Under the pieces are notes generated by a model. That model made no database searches and was not told the DNA's origin. It saw nothing but the letters and a program-made list of their open reading frames with translations. A stretch of DNA of 64,000 nucleotides from Rotaria socialis (lineage: Eukaryota): positions 248,001 through 312,000 of the forward strand of contig CAJNYD010000034.1 in NCBI GenBank assembly GCA_905331295.1, read 5' to 3'. Made by a program: the position numbers and the translations under genes. This document shows, in pieces, positions 49,973 to 64,000 of this stretch (the first letter of the stretch is position 1; each line of letters starts with the position of its first letter).

Positions 49973-52900
49973 ATGATTAATGGAAACTTATTTCAATTTG
50001 ATGATTACCAACAACAAGTACAACAACAACCAATACATATCGATACAACGACTGTAGGCGGTAAGATTAATTTTCTTTAATTAATAGAATCATCAGTCCT
50101 TGATGTTTCTATTTTATTTTAGATATCAAAGATTATTTAACATGTGATTTGAAATTATCTGATACAATTTTCAATGACTTATTTTCTGAATTCGATTTAA
50201 ATCCCAATTATATCCCATATTTTGATCCTTCAACAAATACAGATGCCTATTATCAGCATTCAGCTCAAGTTTCGGGTGAATTGCCACCATCATACGATTC
50301 AACATTGCTTTCAACTAATATATCTCAAACTGCAATTGTTCAACCAGTTATTGAGAATTATCTTTCTTCAACTACATTTAAAACTTTACCAGAACAAGAT
50401 CCAGCTCAACAAACAATTGTTAAATATTGTTCTTCCCCTCCACCTTCTGTTCCGACACTTCCAACAGCTTATTCTGAAGTAATTTCGACAGAAGTGTCAG
50501 ACCTTTTTATTCTTGTCTTTTTAAATTTAAGCCCTCATCGATTTCATCAATGAATGAATCACAAACTCAATCTATCCGACATTCTCATGCCAAAAAATCA
50601 ACGTCTGGAAAACGTTCTCGAGTACCACCACCTGCTCAACTTCCTAAATTAATTAAAAAGCCAGAACCAATACCAGTAACATTGGATCAATTTCAAGCAG
50701 TAGAGAAGCAAAAATACTTGCAATAAATCTTTATTGTTTTTATTTTATTTTAGTTAATTCGCTCTGCATCAGATACGTCAAATTCAAATGTTGGACCATT
50801 TTCAAGTCTTCTTGAAAATAGTACTATCATTGGAAATAATATTCCTTTGAAAATTATCAACCAGACAAATATTAATAGTATGAGTTCAGATGAAAACAGT
50901 CGTCAAGATTCTCCAGCGAATCAACAGAGTACAACATCAAATACACATTTCATAAATGGAGCTAACCTTATTAGTGGCGGTGGTCGCATTCGACGAAAAT
51001 CATCACATAACGCTATCGAAAAAAGATATCGATCAAGTATTAATGAAAGAATACTTGAACTCAAAGAAATTGTTGCAGATGACGATGAAAAGGTATGCAA
51101 GAAAAAAAAACACGGACTGAGAGCTGATAAGACGATCTCAATAAATAGATCAAATGTAAAGATCTATTTGTTTATGTTTATCACACCATAGCTTATTGAT
51201 AATATCTATTTGTGTCCTCTTTCTCAGTGAAGATTACTTTGGTGTTGATAATTTATACATCTGCTCTTGTTGTTTTTTATTAGGTACAAAAATCTGGCGT
51301 ATTACGACGAACAGTTGAATATATTCGACAACTTCAATCAGTTAATCGAAGATTAGAAGAAGAAAATAATACATTAAAAACCATTTTAAAACAACTTAAT
51401 TTGAAACGTAAGTCTACATATCAATAGCTATTTAACTTTTTCTCATACGCAATATTTTCTTATCGTTCTGAGATAATACATTGATTATGAATTTTTATTT
51501 ATTTAATTCTAGCCATTGATATTCCAAATAATAATGATAATGCACCAGCATCATCATTAAATAAATCATCTCTAGTTAACAATCCTACAACACCACCATC
51601 ATCCCATAGTGATTCTAGTGAATCAACGCTTGGCTCAAGTGATGAAGCATTCAGCCCGGTTCCAAAACGTAAAGGAGCAAAACATAAAATCCGCTCACTT
51701 TTAATTCATTCATGTTTCTTTTTCAGGACAGAAGCGTACAACTAGTAAACAAGGTATGGTTAATGGATCACGATTGATTTTATGCTGCTTTATGTTATGC
51801 GTTATTGTAACGAATCCATTTAACTATTTACTGAATTTTATTCATTCATCGGATTATAATGAGGCAACTGAAGTACAATCTATTGTTGGTTCAAGAACAT
51901 TACAAGCAGCAGTAAATAATGATAATATCAATTCATCAAGTAAGTCTATTCAAGCAAAAGGAAAATAAAATAAACATCTTCAGCATTTTAACATCTTTCG
52001 TGTACATTTAATAGCATTTCTCAGTACATCATGGCGGCAATTAGTGGCTTGGATGCTTAATTTAGCAATATGTCTTGTTTGTTTGGTAAAACTTTTTGTT
52101 TATGGTGAGCCAATCGTACCTGAGTCAGAGATGCACGAATATTATATTCATAAGAAAAAAGCAGATCAACTTATGGCTGAAGTATGTAAACTAACATTTA
52201 TTTACTCAATTCTAATCATTCGTTCTAGAAATTATTTAAAAAAAGTGTTTACATATAGTCTGTGTTAGAATTTATCGAAATTCGAGTTTTTTGTTATTAA
52301 AAATACGATTTTTTTTTACTTTGAAAGGTCAATAGTTGAGTATTAATGAGAATAGATAATCTAAAAACAAATCTAGATACAGTTGAAGGACGGTACAAAA
52401 AAATAAAAACCTACTGGAAAAAGAAATATTAAAATAACATCAACATCAGTATTGTTTAGTGATTGAACGGAATTTCGCTACTTTAGTTTTCAATTAGACG
52501 TGTAACTCATTCTGATATTGAACTGGACTAAATTTTTTCTCAAGTGATTTGAGTAGTTGAACTTTCTGAAACAGTCAAAATTTTTTTTTCATATAAATTT
52601 TTTTTTCAATTTAGAATCGTTTAAATGAAGCACGCATTTATTATCGTAAATGTTGTGAAAACCTTTATGTTACAATCGATAATACACTTCTTTATTATTT
52701 ATCATCGATAACATGGCAAATGACACGTTTATGTGTAAATTTAATAGTTGTTGGTCGTTGGTTAACATTTTGGTCTGGCTGGACAAAATCGATTGATACA
52801 CGTGATTACAATCGTGAATTGAACGATTGTCTGTTGCAATTATGGAAAATAGAATATCAATATTCATCGTCGGCATTGTCACTTATTGATTTATTTATAT

Positions 52901-54342
52901 CGACAATAAATACATCGGTGAATGCAGGAAAAAAATTAGATATTAAAAAACATAATGAAATTTATCTATTATCAGCATTAACATTAAAGAAATTAGGTGG
53001 AATATTTTCAATTCTCATTCCATATTTATTAAAGTGTATGTCGCCAATGGATGATAGTGACTTTTGGTTAGTTGATATGGATCGTTTAAATCAATTTATA
53101 TTTGATAAAAAATATATTTTATTCAAAACACATAATTTCATCGAATCAATACGTTCACAATATTATGAATATATTATTTATGATAATATACAAAGTCAAC
53201 TACTTATTCAAGATAATACACAACAACAACAACAACTTATTCTTAAAAATAACAATGACTTAGATCAGTTTATATGGTGGCAACATTGTTTACAAGTTAT
53301 ACGTTGTATATCGAATAATAAACAATCGATTGATAACATTATATCTAGTGATATACTTCGACACAGTGAAGAATCAAATCAAACCATTTATTATCTGGCA
53401 CGATCGATGAAAATTGTTAAGTAAGTTACATATGAATGAGAAAAATGAAAATTTTCATTTTATATTTCTTTGTTTTTCAGCGAAAGATACATCATAATCG
53501 TAGAAGCAATTCATAGTATACTTCTTGTTCTTAATGATGATGACGATCAAACAAATTCAACTCGACTGTCATTATTAGAACAACTAGGACAATCAAGTCG
53601 ATTAATAACATCAACGATTGAAAATTCCACGAATGATCATAATGATGATAATCTTGATTTGGTATGTCCTTTCTTATTATGAATGCTATTCAGAATATTT
53701 TCTAATATGTAATAGAAGAATTTCATTAGCTAATTTATTATTTATTTTAGGCTGTTAAAACCTTACTAATCGATGGCATTCTTTCATTACGTCTTCGTCT
53801 TCTTACGAGTACCATGGCACATAATGATCAGAAAATTCCATATCTGAATGATTTTCAGCAAGAATTAGATTGCTATAAACAACTTAATCGAATCATGAAA
53901 TTACCGAAACAAAGAGTAAACTGAATAATAATGAATCTATATAGTTTTCTATTATTTATTATAATAGGTTTACTTATTTGAATCCATCTATCGTGTTTCA
54001 TCCGGTTTAAATCCTTTAGTTACACAAACATTATTTGAATGTGCATTGAAACCACAAAACTCAACTACTCAATTTCAAGAAGGTAAAATAAAGAAAATAT
54101 AACGAAAAAAAAACAAATAATAATAATAATAATCATTGTTTTACTATATAGAATCACCAAATCTTGATATTATCTCGGCGCTTTTATTATTTTGTCACTT
54201 TTCACCTTCGACTGTGTATCATTATCGAAATATTCTTCAACAAGCTGCTACAATATCATCAACAGCAAATAAAAATAATGATCTTAACCGTTTACGACAA
54301 CAATGTTTAGCATTAGTTCGTCAACCATATTTTACTCTTTAA
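49973..54342 (+). CDS. SREBF: Sterol regulatory element-binding protein (bHLH-Zip, two TM helices, regulatory C-terminus), multi-exon
   Basis: HNAIEKRYRSSINERILELK with the diagnostic Tyr; GSR-LILCCFMLCVIVTNPF (site-2 NP motif); luminal RTLQ; KLFVYGEP. Confidence 0.93.
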
Positions 54343-54471
54343 ATATTTTTAACTCGTATAAACATACTATTTTCCTTTTATAGTATTGAGTATTTCGTTA
54401 GAGAAAGCAATCAGAAAGAAAGAAAAGAAAATGTTTTTTTTTATTGTACGTTGAAAAATATATATAAATCA

Positions 54472-57400
54472 TTAAACTTTGGAAATTTTTTTCTTTAAAA
54501 CTTTACACATCAATGTTATTTCTGCATGACGTTTTTTCAAATTTTCTAATTTATCCGTACAGTTGCCAATTTCATCGTAACGATCTTCGTAGTCGCGTAA
54601 TAAGTGTTCATTACCAATAAGTCCAGAAGTTTGTTTTAACGATTGATTTTCTTGTCGTAAACGATCACGACGTCGTTTTATTGTTGCTAATGCATCACGT
54701 TTCTATTAGAAACACAAACATTTTAAATAAAAAATATATTTGAGATTATTTTTAAAATTCATTTTTTCTTTCTACATTTAATTATTTGCAAAACACGACA
54801 TATATTGAATTGAAACAATTCGATAATCGAGAAATTTATTTAACAACAGTTTATAATATCCTGTTGAATGAGAATCTCAACATAGACTTTTCGTTCATTT
54901 GACGACAGCTAATCAATAGCCACTGATTTCTCGCTGTGTAAAAGAATGTCAATGATGAGATTCTATGCAAAATACAATACTTCATAGTAATGCGAAGTTA
55001 AAACTGTCTCAAGCAAGCAGTTAAGGACTGCACCAATCCTGCCATTTTGACTGTATAAATGTCTAATTTTCATAATAGTTTATGATTCTAGTCTTCGAAC
55101 AAAAGATTGGAACATATGTAAATTCAAATATTCCATAGAAAAAACGAGCGACTATTTAGTATGTGTATCTGCGCACTATCAGTTCAGATTCTTAATATGA
55201 GGTCAAAGCTATGCAAATCTAGTCCTGTACATATTTTATTGTACAGCAGATACGTTTTCTACTTGAAAGCTGCTTTCGAATTTGAACTGTTTGCATATTT
55301 AAATACTCTAATGATATATGCAAAGTCTTTCAATGATTGGAACCTCTAGATCTTTCGTATAAAATTATGCTTAATTTTTAGTATTCAACACAGTCGGTAG
55401 GAAAAAATCAAATGGCAGTGCCGTAAGCTAACATAAATCAATTTGGTCGTGAATAAAATGTGGTATACTTTTAAGATTAAAACAAATGACTCCTAAACGA
55501 GATAATCGATTTTTGAAAGTCACTTAAACTCCACGAAATACAAGAGTGTATCATACGTTTTTTCAAAGGAATGTTTATGTATCTTTATCGTTTTGTGAAT
55601 CTAAATATCTCGGTTGCCTATCACTAAAATATAGAATTTCAGACTCGAAAATAAAAGTCACTAACAATCCTAAAAGTTACTTCAAATAATGACAAACGTC
55701 TTACGAATGATAATCGTATGAATATCAAATTCAAATATTCGGTATGAGAAACAAGAAACTTATTATTGATGAATAACAATATATAAATTGAATTATTGCT
55801 TAATATAACTTGCGACGAGAAACTTCCAAATTTTAGCATATTCATTTGTTTTGTTTTTAAATCATTTGTGCTTACAAAACAACAATACAGTAGATATTTT
55901 AGCTAAAGATATTGTAGTGTATCTTTTGCTATTTAATATGTGTTACAAATTTTCAGTACAAATGAACTATAATATGTTGTTATTGGACAATAGAAATCGT
56001 TTATCAATCTATTCTACAATCAACTATATAAATGTTTTTCAAATATTGACAACGTAAAATTTACTTTAAAGAGAAACCTCATTTAAATTCAAAACACTAA
56101 TAGAAACCAGCTGTATACATACATGTTTCACTTCTGTTTCTTTCATGCCAAGTACTTCTGCTGCCTGAAGACGTTGTTCATTAACAAAATGAAGTTTTTC
56201 TTTAATGTGACTAAGAATTTGAACAGTAGTACTAATTTTTTTACGCAGTTTCATCAATTCCTTTTTTTTAATAATAAAAGCAGAAGTATAATTTAAAATA
56301 AATCAAATCGTTTAAATGATTTACTTCATTTCTTTCTTCGATCTTTTCACTGTATGTTTGATTTTCGATTTTTAATTGTTCAAAATCAATCATATGAAGT
56401 CCTTCGGCTAGCTCTTCTTTAGATTTTAATTGTAATTCACGTTTCTTTAATTGATTTTTTAAACGAATATTTTCATGACGAGTCTAATCGGACAATAAAA
56501 GTTTCATTCATTCAATAAATTCAAAAGCAAAACTGTAGTTATATCATACTTTAATCAGTTCTTCTTCTTTTTCTCTTAATGATGCTAAATAAGTTTCAAC
56601 TTCCTAAAAAACAAAATAAAATGAATATCAATTTGTAATTATGCGTTCAAAACAAAATTATAGATGACTTCAAGAAAGAGTCAAGCACTACAGGAATCTG
56701 TCAGAAGAATAATTATGATCAGATATGAGGATAAGAATACCCACACGTGCAAAAGTTTTGGGCGACGAACGCCAATCCTGCATTAAAATTCATATTCAAG
56801 ATCAGTGCAAACTTTATTCGTTTATTTCTATTATTTAATAGCGTACCTGATTTGAAATAAATTTTCCATTACGTGAAAAAACAGCTTTTGATGCAATCTC
56901 TCGAACTAATTTAACATAATCAGATTTTAATTCTTCGACTTGTTCTTTTTTCTTTTGAATTTGTTGCTCATAACTATTTCGTTTTAACTCATAATCAAGT
57001 TGATCATGTTTTATATGATCTTGTAGTGTTTCGATTTCGCTAAGATATTTTTGATAACGTTGTGTTTGTTCAATCACTGCACGTTCATTTCCTTGATTTA
57101 ATGCTGGTATTTCGTCGGCACCCTATTCGTATTAAATAGAAGGATAAATAATAGAAAACTATTATTCATTTTATTTTTCAAACAAAATACTTTTCGTTTA
57201 TGTAAATAATCAGCTAAACGTTGTTGTAGTGCTAAATTAATACTTTTCAAACGATCACGTTCAGCTTCGGCAACCTTTGGAAATAAAGAATTTAGTTGAA
57301 GTTTTTTTTCTTTCTTTTTTATAATGATAAACAAACTTGATAGCGAGCTAAAAGTTCTTCACGACTGATTCGTACTTCAGGTTCATCTTGAACCATGTCA

Positions 57401-58189
57401 TGTTCTTCTTCCTGTTCGAGTTTTTCGAAATCTCTAAAAATCAATGAAAATAAATCGATTGATTATTTGTTTTTATTACAACGAATGATCCGATCACATA
57501 CACTTGTGGTGCTTCTCTTTGACCTCTAGCTGAACGATCTCGGCCAGATCTAGCTGATCTACGTTGTTCATCAGACATTGCCTATACATATAAGGGTAAG
57601 TATACTTTTATATTCATTCTTAAAATATCGAGTTCGTACTCACAGGAATTAATTCATCTGGTTTAACATGTTCTTCAGTTGGTAAAGCTTGAGATGTAGA
57701 TATCAGTGAGTCGTCTTCTGGTGGCACAGGTGATCCAGCAGCTGTTAATAAAGGATTTTCACCATCGGATGCTAATGCTGATTGATCGGCGGTATTTTCG
57801 TCTTCTTTAATACCTAGTAGAGCTCCTTCTTCATCTCCTTGTATTTCATTTTCTGCATTAGTAACTTGTGGTGCACCTTCTTCCGCTTCATCTTCGGCAA
57901 TAATTTTTTCAGCCAATGATGATTCTTCATGTTCAGCTTGTTGATCTTGTTCTGTTGGTGCACCATCACCTTCAGCAATAATTTCATGATGTAAAGTTGG
58001 CGCGTGTCCATGACCAGCACCTTCATCTTCGTGTGTTTGTAATTCTGTGGATGCCGTTATTGTATCATGCATTGATGCTGGTGGCTGCTGTTGTTGCGAG
58101 CCTGTTTGTGGAAAACGAGTTCCCTCGCCGACTTGTTCAAATCCCTCATTTTCTTCATCACCTTCAGGAATAGTTGGAGGTTGATGCAT
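54472..58189 (-). CDS. CCDC96: Coiled-coil domain-containing protein 96 (CFAP184) with long acidic N-terminus, multi-exon
   Basis: RHENIRLKNQL..KEELAEGLHMIDFEQLKIENQTYSEKIEERNEEL..VQILSHIKEKL..LLRDYE; ATG at 58189. Confidence 0.92.
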
Positions 58190-58893
58190 TTTAGAAAATC
58201 TACAACAAGCAAGCTCGTCGATACACAAAGGCGTACGAATAATATTGTGTACAGATTAATTAATTCATTTCTTTTTTCCATTAGAATTTTCTAATTAAAC
58301 TTTCAATAGCTATTAACAAACGACTGTATTATATTAGTTAAGTTTATTTGACAAAGTGAATCATTACAAGATTCTTATATTATTTTCTTTATTATTTTAT
58401 TCTATTTGAATACCAAAATATGCTATTTTTTCTACTTCTGTGCTTATCTGTCAATTGACGAGAACCAAAAACGGGTGACTATTTCTTTCGGTTCTATTCA
58501 TTGACGCTTTTTATTCAAGAAAAAAAAATACAAAAATCAATATTGGATACCCTTCTTTTATTCGTGCATAGAAAATAAATTATAGTCAAACAACCTCACA
58601 TTTTACTAGTCTGAATAATACAGTCAAGATAAGAACAAACTTAATATTTCGCAGCGATCAGTAATCAATAAACAAAAGAAAAATTCATATAAATGTAAGT
58701 AAACTATTGACTATTGCTACATTACATCAGAGTACAGGTCACAATAGAATAATGAATAGTTTTAAAGTTGTTTGAGATCAAAATCTGTTTTTATGCGATA
58801 TTTTTTTTCTTCTAGACTCTTATTGAAAAAAAAAAAAATTATTATTCACATTATCTTATCTTCTATAGTTATGTCGACAATTGAAATTTGTTA

Positions 58894-60249
58894 ATGAACG
58901 ATTCAACAGGTTACAATGGTCGTTCTCGTCCACGAGCACAATCTCTTTTTGAATATCGTTCACAGACTAATGCTGAGATAACAGTTGCTCTATTCGATAG
59001 ATTAATTGCATCTCAAGATACAAGCAGTGCGTCCAATGAAACTACTGATTGTTCAGATCAATCTGATATTATTATTCGTACTGGTCTACGACGTACAATA
59101 TTTTTCATAACTCAACCTATTATTGCTGGATTTTTTATTTTTCCATTACTGATACTATTTTGGCAGGCCGGATGGAATTTTATGGTTGTATGGCTTGAAA
59201 CTCCTACGAATCAACATTGGATAGTATTAGTTATGCTTTATTTCTTGGCTCAATTCATCTTTCTGTTTATCTATTTAAATCAAGATCATCTGTATGATTA
59301 TCTTCATAAAAAGAAACTTAATATATTTATTTCTCTTGTTGTACAATGTCATAATTTTATTGTTTCTTCAACTTATATTATACAATGGGTATCAATGTGG
59401 ACAGTATGGGACCGTTATACACCAGCTGATTGGTTACTTATGCTTACAATTAGCATAGCAGCTCTATTAACTGTTATTGGTTTAATGGGACATCCATGTG
59501 ATCTTGTCTGTGCTCCATTCATACTCAGTTATGATTCTGTTGAATATAATATTCGAATTGGATCACCATTTTTAACAAAAAACGTAATTGATTTAACTTA
59601 TTTTAAAAACAAACCCAAAAACAAACAAAAAACTTCATCGAAAACTAATTCTTATTTATTTATTTATTTATAGATAAGTGAATGTTTTGCTCATTTTCTT
59701 AATTATATGTTTTATGAATATATTATATCACTACTATCTATCTTGGCATGGCGTGGTTCCTACACATTACTTGATGTTTTCCTTTTTCCAAAAAATCCCT
59801 TAATGTCCGCTGTTTCAAGTCTTTTTCTTGGTTATCCATTATATTTTTTACTTATGTATACTCAATCTTCTATGAAAAAACTGTGTCAACTGCCAACGAT
59901 TACGTATTTAAATTATCCATCTTTAATATGTAATATTCGTCATCTAACCGCTTTTTCTGCATGTGTCCTATTATGGAGAGGATTTTGGCTTTTATTTGAT
60001 ACATACATTGCTACGATGACATTAGCAATAAAATCTCCTTATTTATTCTATCTAATATGTATGTTTATATCTTTTTTTATTTTAAGTCTTTTGAGAACTG
60101 CATCATCTATTAATGGTCCTATGTCGCATATGTTCGATCAATATGATCTTTTTCCTGATTATCCAAATTGTTATTTAGTCGAGTGGTTTAATCAAATGAA
60201 AAAAATAGATGATACTTCATCAAAATCAAGTAAAAATACAAGGATTTAA
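58894..60249 (+). CDS. Fuseless-family multi-pass membrane protein (exons 58894-59583, 59674-60249)
   Basis: Repeated W-R/Q-G/A-x-W..D helices: FWQAGWNFM, WVSMWTVWD, AWRGSYTLLD, LWRGFWLLFD; phase-0 intron. Confidence 0.72.
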
Positions 60250-60370
60250 CTATAAACTATATAATTTCTGTAATAAAACAAAAAGAAAAGATCATTAGAA
60301 TTTTTTTTTAAATATATTTATATAAATGTATCTACAAGACTGCGTTTTGTTTCTGTGTTTTTTTTTCAAG

Positions 60371-61798
60371 CTAATTTTTATGCTCACTAGCCGGTTGCGA
60401 AGGAGCAGTTGTTGATGTACGTTCAAAACTTGGTTCACCGTCCAACATGGGCAGCATTCGTAGGGAACCATTAGTTGGAACATTCGCTTGCATTGATACA
60501 TGTCTTGATTCAGTTAAACTTGAATTTGATCGGTCATCAACATCTCGTGTTTGTTGATATCGAATTGCTCTATCTAATAAAATAGAAAAAGAAAAGAAAA
60601 ACAAGTCATTCTATGATCTATCCAGACAATGAATGTGATCATTCAAGATCGGATAGTAGTTTCATAAGTTGCTTAAATGATGAATGACTATTATGTACTT
60701 AAAAATTATCAACATGTTTTATTTAAAAATACATACCAACAAGAATATTTGATGAACCACTTGTACCAATCGTTCGCCAATCGATTAAGTATTCATCATA
60801 ATTTAGATTATGTGTCCATTCAAGTAATTCGTTAACTTCCCAATCTTCGACAGCTTCTTCGCCAAATGTATTATATATTCGTAATATACTTGCTGTAGTT
60901 TCATTGATAAGACGAGACATTTCATTTTCACTGTCGTTTTCTTTTAGATCCTCATTCTTATTTGCATTAAGCATACCAGCTTGATACCTATTGGAATAAA
61001 AATTATTTATACAAAATTAAAAATGAATAAAACATACATTTTTTTAAGCCACTCTAATTTTCTTTGTTTGCGTCTCTGTTCTACATCTTGTCGTCGCTGC
61101 ATCTACTAAGAATAAATCGAAGATTTGTAAACATTACATTTGAGAAATAATAAGTATCATTTTTTCGTACTCTTGAATGAGAAAACGGGGTGGGCTTTTT
61201 AAATTCATTTGAACAAAAATATTGGTCAATATTCACTTGCAATAAATGTGTATATGCAACTGGCCTCCAACCATTATTTTCAATTCGACGATACCATCCA
61301 CCTTGATCTATAGAAATCGTAGCATTCTCAATAAACAAAACAAAATCAATGAATATTTTAAGATAAGAACCTTGTTGTGGAAATCGATTTAATTTATTAT
61401 TAGAATCCACTGCACTTTTTAATCTTAGATAAGGACGTGTGTAATCTCTTGGCGCATTAGCGCATATGTCTTGAATAGGTCGATTTGTAAACATTTTATA
61501 GTAAATTGTCGGTGGAAAACGTTCACCAGCTAAACGAAAACGTATGCGAACACCAGCTGCCGGATCTATATATTTTGCTTCTGTGGGATTTATTGTACGC
61601 ATTAAAATTTGTGGATCACCGTTATTATGAAAATTGATAAGATCACGATAGAAACGAAATACTTGCACATCCTAAACAAAAACCGAAATTTTTGTCTAAG
61701 TTATTTTCGGAGAATTATCTCTATACAATATAGCGACGCCATAGTCGCTGAATTTTTCGAAGTCCTTCGATTTGTTTTTCTGTATATTCCAGTGACAT
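60371..61798 (-). CDS. C11orf65: C11orf65/MFI homologue with N-terminal IQ-like motif, multi-exon
   Basis: First exon MSLEYTEKQIEGLRKIQRLWRRYI splices to DVQVF; INPTEAKYIDPAAGVRIRFRLAGERFPPTIYYKMFTNRPIQDICANAPRDY, WYRRIENNGWRP, WEVNELLEWTHNLNYDEY. Confidence 0.9.
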
Positions 61799-61869
61799 GT
61801 CTCAAACAAATGACTTCGTAGCATGTAAGCTTATTTTCTCTTCCACATATGACTATTATTATATTGAAC

Positions 61870-61883
61870 GTTGCTAAGGCAAC
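61870..61883. promoter_or_regulatory. RFX X-box
   Basis: GTTGCTAAGGCAAC, 72-85 bp upstream of the C11orf65 ATG. Confidence 0.75.
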
Positions 61884-63218
61884 ACCTTTAACATTAATGG
61901 TTAATTGGTAATAAGATCTTTTTTGATTGATTTCTTATTTAAATCAAATAAAAATGTACAGGATTAATAATTAAATAGCCGATGAAAAGGTTTTCCGGAG
62001 AGTCAAAAAATACGATTGGTCATAATATGTAAAATCAGAGAACCAATTGTATTGGTCGGTTTCAGGTCAAAATTGCTTTTACAATTTCGATCTTTTCCTT
62101 TTAACCCAGTTCATTAATGAAATTCGCTTAAAGTTCTGTTTAGTTTTAACTTCTCATGATAAATAAATATTTCTTCACTTAAATCAAAATAATGAATCGA
62201 CTGCAGTACAATTGAAACTTCGTTTTGATGTATAAGTCAACGGCTTGCTGAAGCAATTCATTCGAAAATTATTATAGAATTCGAACAGTGAAGTAAGTTA
62301 ATTTAGTATTGCGTTGAAATAGTAAAAATGTTAGCACTGATAAGAGTTTCGATAAGCGTTACATCACCAGTGGTTTGGATTAGGTACATGCATAGATAGT
62401 ACACTCGTGATCTTGATGTTGGTAGTTTCTTTTTAATCACAAAGACGCTTTTCCTAGACTCGATGGAATTTAATGCGCTTTAGAATCTTTCGAATAAGCA
62501 AAATAAATTTCAAAAATTGTATTCAACTATCTATCCATGGAGTTCTAGAAATTGATCGGAGAAAGCAGAAATATACAATGCACTTCAAATACTTGATTTG
62601 TATTCATACTGAATTATTAAACAGTGAATCATTGAGACGGAGATCCTAGGGACACCCACACTTGCTTTGAATTCGATATGTGCCCAAGAATTCTGTCTAA
62701 CCAAACCCGTTTATAGCGACCCGAGAAAAAAAATCATTACTAGCAAGTCAGTACTCAAACAGACAAATAGTTTTGACGCCAAGTTAAAAGACCATGTTCA
62801 CCATTGAAAATATGTAACAATAAAACGTTAAAAAAATCATACGAGTCATCTAGGAAACGTACATAGGTGTTTTCAGATAGTGGTTTTTTGACGGCACTAT
62901 GCAAAAGAAATTAATTTCATGTGCAGCAAGAATGGTTTAAAAAGCGCTTGTAAGTTTTCTTAATATTAGAGCAGTGCTTTAGAGTATCATGATGCTTTTT
63001 TTGGATGATTAAGATACTTTTTTAATTTCACCGAATGATTGTAAAAACGTTTCGATAGGATGCACGATTCAGGTGGTTAAGCAATTCTTTAGAATTACTT
63101 CTTTGTCTCGGCGATGAATACACAAATATTGCTCGACTTCAAGTAGACCTAGGTAACTGTTGCTGTGAGAGTTTTTTTTTCATCCATATCCGTTTACTAT
63201 CTAATGGCATAATACGAA

Positions 63219-63399
63219 CAGTGGCGGCGCGACCGGAGGGTACCTTCCTTGTGCTTTTGAAAAATATGAACTCAATTTTCTTCGATTTTGACAAAAAGTT
63301 ATATGAAATTTTCTCTCGCTTCGAGCATAATACATCGGTAATATTGTCCCACTTTGAAAAAGTACCTCCTCCTGCTTTTAGCCCTTCGCGCCGCTATTG
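63219..63399. mobile_element. 181-bp hAT-type MITE with perfect 8-bp TSD
   Basis: TIR cagtggcggcgcga / tcgcgccgctattg (12/14); aatacgaa on both flanks (63211-63218, 63400-63407). Confidence 0.92.
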
Positions 63400-64000
63400 A
63401 ATACGAACATGTCGCTTTTCACCCTTCAAAAGCTGTGCAATCATTTTGATATGTCAATTGTTACGTGCTTCTTCTGGTTTGAATTCTTTTAAGTATATTA
63501 CATTCAATAGTAAAAATTTTGCTTTGCATGATGAATATCTTGCATGCTAATTGACATTTGTGCACGAATTAAACCTACATAGATTATTTTGATTTATACC
63601 AGAAATTTCCACCCAAAAACAAAATAGACCAACGAGGTACTTGGTCAGTTCTGTTTTCTTCATAATTTCATCTTTTCATATTACATAGATGCGCTCTTCT
63701 GTGACGCTACTCACAAATTTACTTTCCTGTAAAATTATAGTCATTCATTGAAGCAGAAATAAATTTCTTTAAACAGTATTGAATTGTTTTTTTTTGTGCA
63801 AATTTCAACTAGTTGAAGTTAAAAGGTATTTCTTGATTTGAGTAACATATCTGGATCTCTTTGTAAATAGCTTAAGGTAAAAAGTCTACTGAGATAGCAG
63901 TCACGTACTGCACATATATTTCACCAAACAGAAATATGCGCATGAAACTTAATACGGTAATTTATTTTATAAGATATGACTGACTAAAATAGCTATGCTC

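Noticed and set aside
62845..62858. Second X-box-like motif GTCATCTAGGAAAC
   Set aside because: Degenerate, and over 1 kb from any start codon identified in the window.

Overview
AT-rich eukaryotic DNA with many short (~50-65 nt) GT-AG introns, frequent GTT donors and a bdelloid-style NHL-repeat gene, most consistent with a bdelloid rotifer (inference from sequence style, no search run). Recognisable genes, left to right: RASEF/Rab45-like (-), Tctex1-domain (-), a ~396-aa PACT-domain pericentrin/AKAP9-like gene (+), a bacterial-type LURP-one-related gene with signal peptide (+), LSM8 (-). A repeat-rich accessory block (~14-29.4 kb) holds MITEs, hAT-like elements, an LTR-like segment, a secreted Cys-rich/Thr-linker/NHL gene and a trypsin pseudogene. 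Then SEPSECS (-), an unknown TM/coiled-coil gene (-), a tightly packed NUP93-PRPF4-GTF2H4 run (+), SREBP (+), CCDC96 (-), a Fuseless-family membrane protein (+) and a C11orf65/MFI homologue (-). The best leads are a candidate trans-spliced operon, a candidate intronised horizontally acquired gene, a minimal PACT protein, and a CCCAGG-ended MITE group with interchangeable CpG-rich interiors. Gene models were spliced by eye; no single novel system can be proven from the sequence alone.
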